Positions 45,474 through 55,035 are shown, counted from the stretch's first letter. The stretch is DNA of 64,000 nucleotides from an uncultured Thermodesulfobacteriota bacterium (GCA_964630855.1 CAZVXP010000021.1:29038-93037); one strand, 5' to 3'. Program-made: numbers and translations. The notes: generated by a model not told the origin, from the letters alone.

Positions 45474-45944
45474 ATGCGCTGTCCAAAATGTAAGCTTGTA
45501 GTGGCGGAATACCTTCGTCTCTGTCCGGAGTGTCAAACTGATCTCCGAAACCTAAACGAACTGTTCGGCCCCTTCTATGAGCCCCATCCCGAGGCCTTTC
45601 TAGGACTTTTTGAAGAAGGGCTCCAGGTAGAAGAGGGGCTGGAAGAGGACTTCCTCTTCGTAGAGGAACCAGAACCTCAAGAGGAAATGCCCCTTCAAAC
45701 CTTAGGAGAAGAGGAACTCCCTCTTGAAGAAGAGGCCCCGGAACTCGATCTCTCAGACCTGGACCTCCCCGAAGAACCCGAGGGGGAATCTCTCTTGGAA
45801 GCAGAGGAGGAAGCCCCTGAGGGAGAGATTGTCCTGGAAGAGCTTGAAGAGGAACCCTTGGAAGAGATCCACGAAGAGTTATTGGAAGGCTTGGAGGAGA
45901 TAGAAGACCTTCTTCCTGGTGAACCCGAAAAGGAGGCTACCTAA
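45474..45944 (+). CDS. zinc-ribbon protein with extremely acidic Glu/Leu/Pro-rich tail, function unknown
   Basis: MRCPKCK...CPECQ N-terminus, with AGGAGGA upstream of the ATG. The C-terminal roughly 110 aa are low complexity (EE/LE/PE). Confidence 0.55.
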   Translation: MRCPKCKLVVAEYLRLCPECQTDLRNLNELFGPFYEPHPEAFLGLFEEGLQVEEGLEEDFLFVEEPEPQEEMPLQTLGEEELPLEEEAPELDLSDLDLPEEPEGESLLEAEEEAPEGEIVLEELEEEPLEEIHEELLEGLEEIEDLLPGEPEKEAT

Positions 45945-46677
45945 CCGGGCGCCCCCAGTAATCTTTAAGAGTTCCCTCGGCCAGGGCCTTGGTCTCTTCC
46001 AAGGCTTTGGCATAGTATCTTTGCACGAGAGAGCGGGCTTTGGTGGCGGCTCTGGTTTCCGGATAGGTTTGTAGGAGATAGAGGATGCGATAGTAAGCCG
46101 CCCGGTATCGCTTCGTACGGTAGTAGAAGTGTGCGACGTAGAGCTCATGCTCCCCGAGTCGTTCCCTGCCCTCACGGATGCGCTTTTTGGCTTCTAGGGT
46201 GTAAGGGGAATCCGGAAACTGTTTGATAAGTCGTTCGTAGGTCTCGATGGCCTTCTTAGTAAAACTCTGATCCCGGTCAGGAGGGAGCATTAGTTTGTAG
46301 TAGCAAGTACCAATCTGAAACACTACATACGGAATAGCTTCGTTGGTGGGATGGAGTTTTTCAAACTCTTCGTAGAGAACGATGGCTTCCAGATACTGTC
46401 CAGCATAGAACTTACAGTCTGCCAGTTTCAATTCTGCCCACAGAGCGTAAGGAGAATCCGGATAGCGGTCCCGTATGGTGCGAAAGGCCTCTTCAGCCAG
46501 CTCCCAGTATCCCTTACGATAATAACGTAAGGCTTTCTCGATGAGTTGAGCCAGCTGACCGGAAGGTTCTTCGTGTTTCTTTTTAAACCAGGAGAGAAGT
46601 CCCCCTTGATGCTCTCCACCACAGGCAGAGAGCAAAACTAACAGACAAAAACAAATAATGAGAAAACGACGAATCAT
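45937..46677 (-). CDS. bamD: outer membrane protein assembly factor BamD (YfiO-like TPR lipoprotein)
   Basis: Lipobox LLSAC and TPR-like repeats (YRKGYWELAEEAF, KFYAGQYLEAI, YYRTKRYRAA). The ATG overlaps the trxB stop (ATGA). Confidence 0.8.
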   Translation of the reverse strand: MIRRFLIICFCLLVLLSACGGEHQGGLLSWFKKKHEEPSGQLAQLIEKALRYYRKGYWELAEEAFRTIRDRYPDSPYALWAELKLADCKFYAGQYLEAIVLYEEFEKLHPTNEAIPYVVFQIGTCYYKLMLPPDRDQSFTKKAIETYERLIKQFPDSPYTLEAKKRIREGRERLGEHELYVAHFYYRTKRYRAAYYRILYLLQTYPETRAATKARSLVQRYYAKALEETKALAEGTLKDYWGRPVR

Positions 46678-47597
46678 TTTTGAGCCAGGTAGTGTTCCGC
46701 CATAAAAGCAGCCGTGGCTCCGTCTCCGGCGGCGGTAACAATCTGGCGACAGGCCTTGGCACGGACGTCTCCGGCTGCAAAGACCCCTGGGACTTCAGTG
46801 CGCATCTCGGCATCCGTGAAGATGAATCCCTTTTCATCCGTAGGAAGGACCCCTTTGACGAACTCGGACTGGGGAGAGATGCCCACGAAGACAAAGACCC
46901 CTTGTACTTTGAGGGTCTCGGTTTCTCCGGTCTGAACGTGACGAAGACGCAGTCCCTCGACCTGTTCCTCTCCGAGGATTTCTTCTACCACGCGGTTCCA
47001 GAGGATGGTGATCTTTTCGTTGGCCAGAGCCCTTTCTTGAAGGATCTTCTGGGCACGAAGTTGATCTCGCCGGTGGACGAGATAGACTCGCCTAGCAAAG
47101 CGTGTAAGGAAGATGGCTTCCTGGACAGCGGTATTTCCACCACCTATAACCGCGACTTCCTGATCGCGGAAAAAGGGGCCATCGCAAGTGGCACAATAAG
47201 AAACTCCCCTTCCGGTAAGCTTTTCTTCTCCTGGAACACCGAGGCGATTGGGACGAGCCCCGGTGGCAATGATCACCGCCCGCCCTGTGACTTTCCGACC
47301 GTCGGTGAAAATTACTCTTTTGAGTTCTCCTTCTATTTCAAGCTTTGCCACTTCACCGTTGATGATTTTAAGGCCGAGTTTTTTAACCTGGGCCAAGAAA
47401 CGATCCATGAGCTCAAACCCGGAAAGGGGTTCGGGAAAGCCCGGATAGTTTTCCACCAGGTCTGTAACCAGGACCTGACCGCCGGGTGATAGTTTTTCCA
47501 CCAGGACACAATTGAGGCGGGCCCGCGCGGCATACAAATAGGCCGTAAGCCCCGCGGGGCCACCCCCTATGATTATCAAGTCAAAGATTTCCGCCAT
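46674..47597 (-). CDS. trxB: thioredoxin-disulfide reductase
   Basis: Motifs IIIGGGPAG, the redox-active CATCDG, VIGGGNTAVQEA and GVFAAGD. Confidence 0.93.
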   Translation of the reverse strand: MAEIFDLIIIGGGPAGLTAYLYAARARLNCVLVEKLSPGGQVLVTDLVENYPGFPEPLSGFELMDRFLAQVKKLGLKIINGEVAKLEIEGELKRVIFTDGRKVTGRAVIIATGARPNRLGVPGEEKLTGRGVSYCATCDGPFFRDQEVAVIGGGNTAVQEAIFLTRFARRVYLVHRRDQLRAQKILQERALANEKITILWNRVVEEILGEEQVEGLRLRHVQTGETETLKVQGVFVFVGISPQSEFVKGVLPTDEKGFIFTDAEMRTEVPGVFAAGDVRAKACRQIVTAAGDGATAAFMAEHYLAQK

Positions 47598-47598
47598 C

Positions 47599-47925
47599 TC
47601 AAGCCGAAAGCAGGCGTTTGATCACGTTTTCAATGGTGGATTTGGCCACCGCTCCGGTAATCATGTCTACCGCCTGCCCGTTCTTAAAGAAAATAAGAGT
47701 CGGGATGGCCCGGATACCAAATTTGCCAGGAGTGATAGGATTTTCGTCAACGTTCATCTTGCACACTTTGAGCTGGCCCGCATATTCCTCGGCAAGCTCT
47801 TCAATGACCGGAGCAATGGCCCGACAAGGCCCACACCAAGCCGCCCAAAAGTCAACCAAAACCGGGATATCAGACTGGAGGACTTCCTTCTCAAAGTTCT
47901 GATCCGTCACGTGCACTACACCCAT
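47599..47925 (-). CDS. trxA: thioredoxin
   Basis: 108 aa with [12 protein letters not shown] and [14 protein letters not shown]. Confidence 0.93.
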   Translation of the reverse strand: MGVVHVTDQNFEKEVLQSDIPVLVDFWAAWCGPCRAIAPVIEELAEEYAGQLKVCKMNVDENPITPGKFGIRAIPTLIFFKNGQAVDMITGAVAKSTIENVIKRLLSA

Positions 47926-47993
47926 CGCGCGCCTCCTAAAGGGGGAGTTTGCTGAATCATAATGCGAGGCCCAAGATGGTGCAAGGAAACTTT

Positions 47994-49332
47994 CTAGCGG
48001 AAAAGTCCCTCAAGGAGCTCCTGTAAATTCGAGATCTCGATAAATTTTATTGGAAACATCTGGCTAACGTTTCCCTGTGGTAAACAGACAACATCAAAAC
48101 CCAATCTCAGGGCTTCCTTTATTCTTTGTTCCGCGTGGGACACCGGACGGACTTCGCCTGTGAGGCCAACTTCTCCGAACAAGAAGAGCCCGGGAGGCAG
48201 GGTTTTTTCCAGGCGGCTTGAGACCAGAGCCGTGGCCACGGCCAGGTCTGCCCCTGGTTCGGAGAGTCTCAGCCCTCCTACGACATTGAGATAGATGTCT
48301 CGGTCGTAAAAGGAAAGTCCCAGACGCTTTTCCAGAATGGCAGCCATCATAGAGAGTCTTTGGGGATCGTAGCCCACGCTGGTGCGTCGTGGTACAGCGA
48401 GGGGAGTTCCTGCCACCAGGGCTTGGACTTCCACCAAGATGGGACGGGTCCCTTCCACGGTGGCCAGGATTACGGCGCCTGGCTGGGAGGTGCTAGCCTG
48501 TGAAAGGAAGAGGGCTGAAGGATTTTCCACAGGCTTCAACCCCCGGGGTTGCATTTCGAAGACCCCGATTTCGTTGGTGGAACCAAAGCGATTCTTTACG
48601 GCTCGTAGGATTCGGTAGTTTGCCCCTCGATCCCCCTCAAAATAAAGGACCGTATCTACCAGGTGTTCCAATACCCTCGGTCCGGCGAGGAGACCCTCTT
48701 TGGTCACGTGCCCCACCAAAAAAGTAGCGATCCCCTTTTTCTTGGCCAACCTCAAGAGGCGAGCGGCACATTCGCGCACCTGGGCCACGCTGCCAGGGGC
48801 GGAGGTGACCTCTTCTAAGTAAACGGTTTGAATAGAATCCACGACAAACAAAGAGGGTTTTAGGGTTTCCGCCGCTTCCAAGCCCTGGTTCAGATTGGTT
48901 TCCGCCAGGACGAACAGTTTTTCGGGCTGTGTCCCGAGTCTTTCGGCTCGCAGCTTGATTTGCTGGGGGGATTCCTCTCCGGAAAGGTAGAGGACGGGAT
49001 GTTCCTCCGCGAGGTGACGGGCTATTTGAAGAAGGAGAGTGGATTTCCCGATTCCAGGATCTCCCCCGATAAGAACCAGAGAACCGGGAACAATACCACC
49101 TCCCAGGACCCGGTCGAGCTCCTGGAGTCCGGTTGAAAGCCGTGGAGTTTCGGTTACAGAGACAGCCGACAGGGGAAGAGGAGGAGTCTTTTTGCCCTTT
49201 GGGGAAAAGGGGGAAGAGACCTCTTCTACCAGACTCTCCCACGTCCCGCAGGATGGGCAACGCCCAAGCCATTTGGGACTCTGATAGCCGCATTCCTGAC
49301 AGACAAAACGCTTCTTGGCCACCTCTTCTATC
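47994..49332 (-). CDS. radA: DNA repair protein RadA/Sms
   Basis: Zinc finger [23 protein letters not shown], Walker [11 protein letters not shown], the KNRFG motif and a Lon-like C-terminus. GTG 49332 gives the usual [10 protein letters not shown]-terminus. TTG 49370 is the alternative. Confidence 0.9.
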
Positions 49333-49426
49333 CTAACGCCAAGGCTGGGAAAGCCAAAATTTGGTTGCAAATGAAGGGGCTTATTCGTATAAAGATCTAA
49401 GCATATTACTTCCGAGGAGGGAAACT

Positions 49427-49768
49427 ATGAAGAGGGTCAAAAAGTGGATTGGGGCTATAGGTTTGGCTTCTCTGCTCATCGTACCTATCGGTTGTTCGGG
49501 ACTTTCTAAAGAAGATCGGGCCCTAATGGAAGAGGCCATCAAGGCTTCTCAAGAAGCAAAGGCGGCAGCGGCTCAGTGTCAAGCGTTGCAGCAATCCATT
49601 GCGCGGGTAGAAGCTGCGGCGCAGCGGGCAGAAGCTGCTTCTCAGGCCGCAGCAATGGCTGCAGAAAGGGCGGACGCTGCGGCTAACCGGGCGGCCCAGG
49701 CTGCCGCCAAAGCCGAAGCAGCGGCCACCAAAATCGAACGCGTCTTTGAAAAGAGCCTGCGAAAATAA
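49427..49768 (+). CDS. alanine-rich coiled-coil lipoprotein, Braun lipoprotein (Lpp)-like, ending in Arg-Lys
   Basis: GAGGAGG lies upstream of ATG 49427. The signal peptide has a lipobox-like IVPIGC. The mature part is an Ala/Gln/Glu heptad coil, and the C-terminus is ...EKSLRK. Confidence 0.6.
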   Translation: MKRVKKWIGAIGLASLLIVPIGCSGLSKEDRALMEEAIKASQEAKAAAAQCQALQQSIARVEAAAQRAEAASQAAAMAAERADAAANRAAQAAAKAEAAATKIERVFEKSLRK

Positions 49769-49781
49769 GAGAATAGAAAGA

Positions 49782-50684
49782 CTAACGGCGTCTCCGCTTG
49801 GCTTTCCCCACCACGGCGGGGACGCCATTTGTCTCTTCAAGGACTTTTTGCACCTGATCAAAATAAAGGATTATTTTCTGCCCTAATTCTCTTTCGAGAC
49901 GGTTGGCCAACCTTAAAATCTCAAATCGTGCGTTGGGAATTCGTCTTTCGAAGTCTGGAAAAGCTTGCAAATAGACCTTGCCTTCCTTTACACCCAATTT
50001 GAAGGGCTGATACACGATGAAAACAGGGGTTCCTATCGCGACCAGGGGAAAGAGGGCTTCTATGTCTTCGGGATAGAGTCGGATGCAGCCGTGACTCACG
50101 CGTCGTCCAATGCCCCAGGGTCGGTTGGTGCCATGGATGGCGTAAGCCCCACGTGAAAGATAAAGCGCATAAGCTCCTAAAGGGTTGTCCGGCCCCGGAG
50201 GGACCACTTCTGGCAAAGTGGGATCTTCTTCGCGAATGGACTTGGGTACGTGCCAGGCAGGGTTTTTCTTTTTCCGAATAACGGTATAGACTCCCAGCTC
50301 TGTGAGCTTTCCCTCTACTCCCACTCCGATTGGAGCGGTATAGACCACCTTCTGCCCCAGTTCTTGACGGAAGAAATAAAGTCTCATCTCAGCCAAGTTG
50401 ACCACCAGTCCGCTCTTTTTCTCTGGCAAGACGTAACAAGAAGGAATGAGGATCTCCGTGCCCTCAGGGGGGATCCAGGGGTCTATTTCGGGGTTAGCCA
50501 GGACTATTTGATTGTAGCCCAAGTTATACCAGCGGGCGATATCGAGCAGGGTCTCTCCCTCAGACACCACGTGGGTGATGAGTTTGCCTATCACTGAGTG
50601 CTCTGGAGTCCAGATGAAGCGCTCCAGACCCCAGCCCGGAGTCGCAACAAGCAACCATAAGAATAAGAAACCAAAAATCTTCAT
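49782..50684 (-). CDS. LysM-domain L,D-transpeptidase (YkuD family)
   Basis: Signal peptide MKIFGFLFLWLLVATPGWG, LysM HVVSEGETLLDIARWYNLGYNQIVLANP and the YkuD active site IHGTNRPWGIGRRVSHGCIRL. The ATG overlaps the upstream stop (ATGA). Confidence 0.88.
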   Translation of the reverse strand: MKIFGFLFLWLLVATPGWGLERFIWTPEHSVIGKLITHVVSEGETLLDIARWYNLGYNQIVLANPEIDPWIPPEGTEILIPSCYVLPEKKSGLVVNLAEMRLYFFRQELGQKVVYTAPIGVGVEGKLTELGVYTVIRKKKNPAWHVPKSIREEDPTLPEVVPPGPDNPLGAYALYLSRGAYAIHGTNRPWGIGRRVSHGCIRLYPEDIEALFPLVAIGTPVFIVYQPFKLGVKEGKVYLQAFPDFERRIPNARFEILRLANRLERELGQKIILYFDQVQKVLEETNGVPAVVGKAKRRRR

Positions 50685-51982
50685 CGCAAAGGTGGATTGA
50701 AATATCCAAACCTCAATCGGGGAAACTCCCGGGCCAGAGCCCTTACCAGACCCTTTATTCCCAAGGTCTCCCCCTGTGGTTTGAAACGAATCTTTTTGAG
50801 CAACCACATCGGATCCACCGCCATATTTCGTAATTGAACATAATCCACGCCCAATCTCAAAAGATCGCATAGGGCTTCGAATTCTTCGCGTTCGTCGGTG
50901 AATCCCGGAAATACGAAGAGATTGAGGGAAATAAACCCTCCCTTTTCCTTCATCTGTCGAATACTTTCCTTGACCTCCGAAAGCCCAAAGCCTCTCGGGC
51001 GGAAATAGGCTTGATAGTACCTTTTGCGAGCGCTAAAGAGACTGACCCGCATGGAATCGAGACCGGCTCGTCTGAGACGCGCTACCGCTTCAGGCCGACT
51101 GGCGTTGGTATTGAGGTTGATGGTTCCCCGAGGAGTACTTTGTCGCATAAGGAAAATTGCTCTCTCAAGGACCTTTTCCTGTAAAAGGGGTTCCCCTTCA
51201 CAGCCCTGGCCAAAGGAGACCATGGCCCTGGGAGCTTCTTTCAGGTGAGGAACCATGGCTTCTGCGATTTCCTCTGGCGAGGGGACGAAAGAGAGTCGTT
51301 CTTGAGCCAGGTGGGGTCCGTCTTCTTCTTGAAGAGAAAGACAACCCAAACACCGGGCGTTGCAGACTGGAGAAGTGGGAATCGGGGCTTCCCAGCGTTT
51401 TAGGACGAAATTCCTGGCAGCTGGACAACGATAGCGTGTCACACAATTTTCTATCAGGTGTCTTACCAGACGGTTTCGAGGGAACCGGGAAAGCAGACTT
51501 TTGCCCCCTTTTTGGAGACGCTCTTCATCGAAGAAGCGCACTTCCTGGCGGTGATCAAAATCCGAACGAAAAGCTGTGACGTAAAAGCGGCCGTTCCACC
51601 AGCCTACACAGGCGTAGGAGAACAACGGCAAGGGGGAAAGATTTTTTTCTGCTTCAAGATAGGGGCAGAGGTAGAGTTGAGTATGAGCGGGCGCCAGATA
51701 GGCTGCCACGGCCCAGGCCGGTTCTCCAGCTGAAAAGGGGTTTTCGCGCAGAATGATCGGGGTCTCGGTTTGAGGATCGAGTCCCACAGGATGTCGGTGA
51801 GGCAGCACGTAAAGCGCGCTTCCTACCGGCAAGGGGATGAAGTCTTCAGGAGCAGGGAGGATGACATCCAGACCCGAGAGCCCTAAGGCCAGGAGTGAAG
51901 GATGATCATAAAGACGACCTCTTGAATCTGCAAAAAGGAGTCGGGGAGAAGAGGAGGGATGGGAGCTGAGTTTGGGCCACAT
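50681..51982 (-). CDS. radical SAM protein with a roughly 190-aa N-terminal domain of unknown function
   Basis: CNARCLGCLS (CxxxCxxC) followed by a typical radical SAM half-barrel (GQGCEGEPLL, NLNTNAS). I did not recognise the N-terminal domain. Confidence 0.75.
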   Translation of the reverse strand: MWPKLSSHPSSSPRLLFADSRGRLYDHPSLLALGLSGLDVILPAPEDFIPLPVGSALYVLPHRHPVGLDPQTETPIILRENPFSAGEPAWAVAAYLAPAHTQLYLCPYLEAEKNLSPLPLFSYACVGWWNGRFYVTAFRSDFDHRQEVRFFDEERLQKGGKSLLSRFPRNRLVRHLIENCVTRYRCPAARNFVLKRWEAPIPTSPVCNARCLGCLSLQEEDGPHLAQERLSFVPSPEEIAEAMVPHLKEAPRAMVSFGQGCEGEPLLQEKVLERAIFLMRQSTPRGTINLNTNASRPEAVARLRRAGLDSMRVSLFSARKRYYQAYFRPRGFGLSEVKESIRQMKEKGGFISLNLFVFPGFTDEREEFEALCDLLRLGVDYVQLRNMAVDPMWLLKKIRFKPQGETLGIKGLVRALAREFPRLRFGYFNPPLR

Positions 51983-52022
51983 GACTTTACGCTAAAAGGC
52001 TGACTTAGGCTTGTAAAGAGTT

Positions 52023-52574
52023 TCAAAAGAGGAGTCCCGGGGAAGGTTTGCCTACTTCTAAGAGAACCGGTTCTTCCAGATAAAAAAGAAAGGCCTTTGG
52101 TTTTTGGCCCTGGATTTCTTCTAGGAGTCTCTGATAGAGGCGGACTTGTTCCCAGTGGCTGCGACGTCTCACCCCCAGCTTGAATTCCAAGATCACCGGG
52201 CCTTCGGGGGAGAATACCAGACGGTCCAGACGATGAAACTCACCAGAACTATCTTGGATTTCTACTTCCCGGTAAGCTTTGATCCCTTCTTCGAAGAAAG
52301 GCCGGGCTTCCGGTAGAAGGAGGGCCCTGACAAGGACCTTGGTCAGGAAAGAAGCCACTTCGTTGAAGTCTTCCCTGAAGCGGGGATCGGAAAGGGCCAA
52401 GGCCTGGCGAACGGCTTTTTCTACCAATCGGACCACTGTCTGGCGGCTGGCCCCTCTGGGCAGAGCGGGTAGGAGATAGAGGGCCTGATGGGCCAGCTCT
52501 CCGTAACTGATCTCCCGTCCCCTTTCACCGAGAAGTTCGAGATCGTAACGGCGCACCCGTAGTTTGGGTCTCAT
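52023..52574 (-). CDS. PD-(D/E)xK (RecB-family) nuclease domain protein, separately encoded or frameshifted C-terminus of the upstream helicase
   Basis: Motifs in order are GELAHQAL, RLDRLVF (D), ILEFKLG (ExK) and QVRLYQRLL (QxxxY). ATG 52574 is preceded by AAGGAGG at an 11-nt spacing. It overlaps the helicase 3' end by 50 nt in another frame. Confidence 0.65.
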   Translation of the reverse strand: MRPKLRVRRYDLELLGERGREISYGELAHQALYLLPALPRGASRQTVVRLVEKAVRQALALSDPRFREDFNEVASFLTKVLVRALLLPEARPFFEEGIKAYREVEIQDSSGEFHRLDRLVFSPEGPVILEFKLGVRRRSHWEQVRLYQRLLEEIQGQKPKAFLFYLEEPVLLEVGKPSPGLLF

Positions 52575-55035
52575 CTCCAAGGAATCCTCCTTCTTCAAGG
52601 AGACGTTTGACAATGTCACCTGTCCCAAAACGACAACCCCGTCCCCCGGTCTCTTGCGGGACGAAAAGATAGAGTTCTTCACGTGCCCGAGTGAAGGCCA
52701 CGTAGAGGAGATTGAGCATCTCCAAGCCTTGTAGGCATTTCTCTTCCAAAACCCTCTCCCTAATAGGGCCAGGATAGGGGCGTTGAACATAACCCAAATA
52801 TCCCTCGGGGAGGGTAACCAAGTTTGTGGTCCGGATCTCCCAGTGGAGATAAGGCAGCACCACGACGTCGAATTCGAGCCCCTTGGCAGCATGAATGGTG
52901 AGGATTCGCACAGCGTGGATTTCCTCAGGGAGCCCCAGTCGTTCTTCAAGACCTCTTTCCATCCATCGTTCTAAAAAAGCCGATAAGCCCGCCCCCTCTT
53001 GTTCGAAGAAAAGGACAAGAGAGAGGAAACGATTGATAAAGGCCTCTTCCTGGGGGAAACGTTCGAGCACTTGGAAACGCTGGAGGATTTCGCGGACCAG
53101 ATCATATGGAGAGAGGAAGCCGACTTTCTCAAGCAACGGAGCCAGGTAAAGGGAGAAAGCCTCTGGTGTCTTCTCCCGCAAAGCCTCAAGTAGAGAACGA
53201 TCCTTGGCTTCGGTGAAGAAGCTGGAATCCAAGGTAAAGAAGGGTTGGGCCAGTTCGCTTCTCAAAAAACCTGCCAAAGCCACGTCATTTCCGGGGTAAT
53301 CCAAAAAGCTTAAAAGAGAGATCAGGGCTCGAATAAGCCTTGAGCTCGAAAGACGAAGGGCGTTTTCCGTGACAGCGGGGATCTTTAGTTCAAAGAGGAG
53401 ACGAGCCATTTCTTCGGCCTGCTCGTTGGTGCGTACCAGAATGGCCAGATTCTTGCCTTCACGATTTAAACGTTCGAAGAGTCCAGGGAGGAGGTGCTCA
53501 GCTATTTGCCGGGCCCTTTCTTCTCGCTCCCGGCTGCTCTTGCCAGGGCAGGGGATTATTTCGACCCGCCCTCCAGGTTTTTTTCGCGGAAGATCCTGTG
53601 AGACGCGGGAAAAGATCTCTTTCAGGTGCGACGCCAGTCGTGTCACCCACGGACACCGCGAGGTCTCTTTTCGGCCCTGACGCCCGTGGAGTAGGGAACT
53701 TGCTATCCAATAAGACAGAGGGGTATCTGCTAGTTTGGCGAAGAACCGATTGTTAAATTCCACGAGACTTTCAAGAGAACGCCAGTTGAACGGCAGGGGC
53801 TCTTCTGTGAGACGCGCCGGAAGCTCTCCCGGTACTTCTACAAAGAGTCTGGGATCTCCCCCCCGCCAGACATAGATGGCCTGTTTAATATCTCCGACAT
53901 AGGTGAAACTACCACCTTGGGCAAGGGCGTTTTCTACCAGTGGTTTGAGGGCCTCCCATTGTTGGCGACTGGTATCCTGGAATTCATCAATGAGGAAATG
54001 ACGGAACCTTGCTCCAAGTTTGCAATATACCAAGGGGACTCCTTCTTCTCGCAGAACTTTCCCGACCAGGACGGTCCAGGCCCCCCCGTGGATGAGTCCT
54101 TCCTGTTCTCGCAAGGTCTCGAGTTCTTTTTTCAGATGGTGGTAAAGCCTGGCGTATGGTACGAGGCGCACGATGGCCCTGGTGAGGAGGAAGTCTTCCA
54201 GGGCTTGGCGGAAGGTTTGGTAAGCCTCTTCAAGTGCCTCCCAGTCTTTAGCGTGAGAGAGGATCTCGCGCACGGATTCCTTGTGTAGAACCGGAGCTCC
54301 GGGATCTTCGAGGGGATTTAAAAATTTCTCCTCCCAAGTCTTCCAGCGGAACCGGGCCCTTTGATGGGCTACGGCTTCGAGGAAGAGATGGGCCTTTCCC
54401 TCTACCTCAAGGGCCAGCTCTTCCAGGGCTGTCTTGATCGGTGCTTCGTGCAAAAGATGTCCCTTTTGTTCATAGCGAAAAAGATCCAGCAAGACATAAC
54501 GGATGCGCCGTTCGGGATTAAATCCACCGCGGGCCTCTATTTCCAAAAAGGTGAGTAGCACTTCGCGGAAAAGAGATCGTAGTTCTTCTTGGGTGCGCAA
54601 ATTGAGAAGGAGGCGATCGTAAGCCCGAGAGAGCAGGAGATCTTCTTTGAGTTCTGCTTCAAGGTCCGGGCGAAGACCAATCTCAAGGGCCACGCCCTTG
54701 AGAATGGTAAAGACCAAAGAATCAATGGTGCGGACCTGAAGATTTTGATAATGCTCAAAGATGATATCAAGCCAGCGTCTGGCTTTCTCAGGGGAAAGGC
54801 CGGTGGAAGCAGCTCGTTCCTTGCCAGTTGGTGTGGCAAGGGCGATTTCTTTCAGGGACCGGATGAGGCGTTCCTTCATTTCCGCCGCCGCTTTGTTGGT
54901 AAAGGTGATGGCCACGATCTGACGTAAGGCCTCTGGAGAGGGAGGAAGTTGGCTCAGAAGTTCCAGAAAACGGCTGGTCAAGCGGAAGGTCTTGCCCGCG
55001 CCTGCTGAGGCCTCGATCTTCAGGATCTGGCTCAT
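52525..55035 (-). CDS. UvrD/AddA-like superfamily 1 DNA helicase
   Basis: Walker A ASAGAGKT, motif Ia ITFTNKAAAEM, motif II FLIDEFQDTS, motif V-VI TIHAAKGLEFDVVVLP and YVAFTRAREELYLF. The ATG overlaps the upstream stop (ATGA). Confidence 0.88.
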   Translation of the reverse strand: MSQILKIEASAGAGKTFRLTSRFLELLSQLPPSPEALRQIVAITFTNKAAAEMKERLIRSLKEIALATPTGKERAASTGLSPEKARRWLDIIFEHYQNLQVRTIDSLVFTILKGVALEIGLRPDLEAELKEDLLLSRAYDRLLLNLRTQEELRSLFREVLLTFLEIEARGGFNPERRIRYVLLDLFRYEQKGHLLHEAPIKTALEELALEVEGKAHLFLEAVAHQRARFRWKTWEEKFLNPLEDPGAPVLHKESVREILSHAKDWEALEEAYQTFRQALEDFLLTRAIVRLVPYARLYHHLKKELETLREQEGLIHGGAWTVLVGKVLREEGVPLVYCKLGARFRHFLIDEFQDTSRQQWEALKPLVENALAQGGSFTYVGDIKQAIYVWRGGDPRLFVEVPGELPARLTEEPLPFNWRSLESLVEFNNRFFAKLADTPLSYWIASSLLHGRQGRKETSRCPWVTRLASHLKEIFSRVSQDLPRKKPGGRVEIIPCPGKSSREREERARQIAEHLLPGLFERLNREGKNLAILVRTNEQAEEMARLLFELKIPAVTENALRLSSSRLIRALISLLSFLDYPGNDVALAGFLRSELAQPFFTLDSSFFTEAKDRSLLEALREKTPEAFSLYLAPLLEKVGFLSPYDLVREILQRFQVLERFPQEEAFINRFLSLVLFFEQEGAGLSAFLERWMERGLEERLGLPEEIHAVRILTIHAAKGLEFDVVVLPYLHWEIRTTNLVTLPEGYLGYVQRPYPGPIRERVLEEKCLQGLEMLNLLYVAFTRAREELYLFVPQETGGRGCRFGTGDIVKRLLEEGGFLGDETQTTGAPLRSRTSR

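Noticed and set aside
46680-47489. 269-aa ORF antisense to trxB
   Set aside because: It is a shadow ORF of a motif-complete trxB.
52023-52949. 308-aa version of the nuclease ORF
   Set aside because: The upstream roughly 125 codons overlap the conserved helicase motifs V/VI in another frame and look non-protein-like. Only the part from ATG 52574, or a frameshift junction, is supported.
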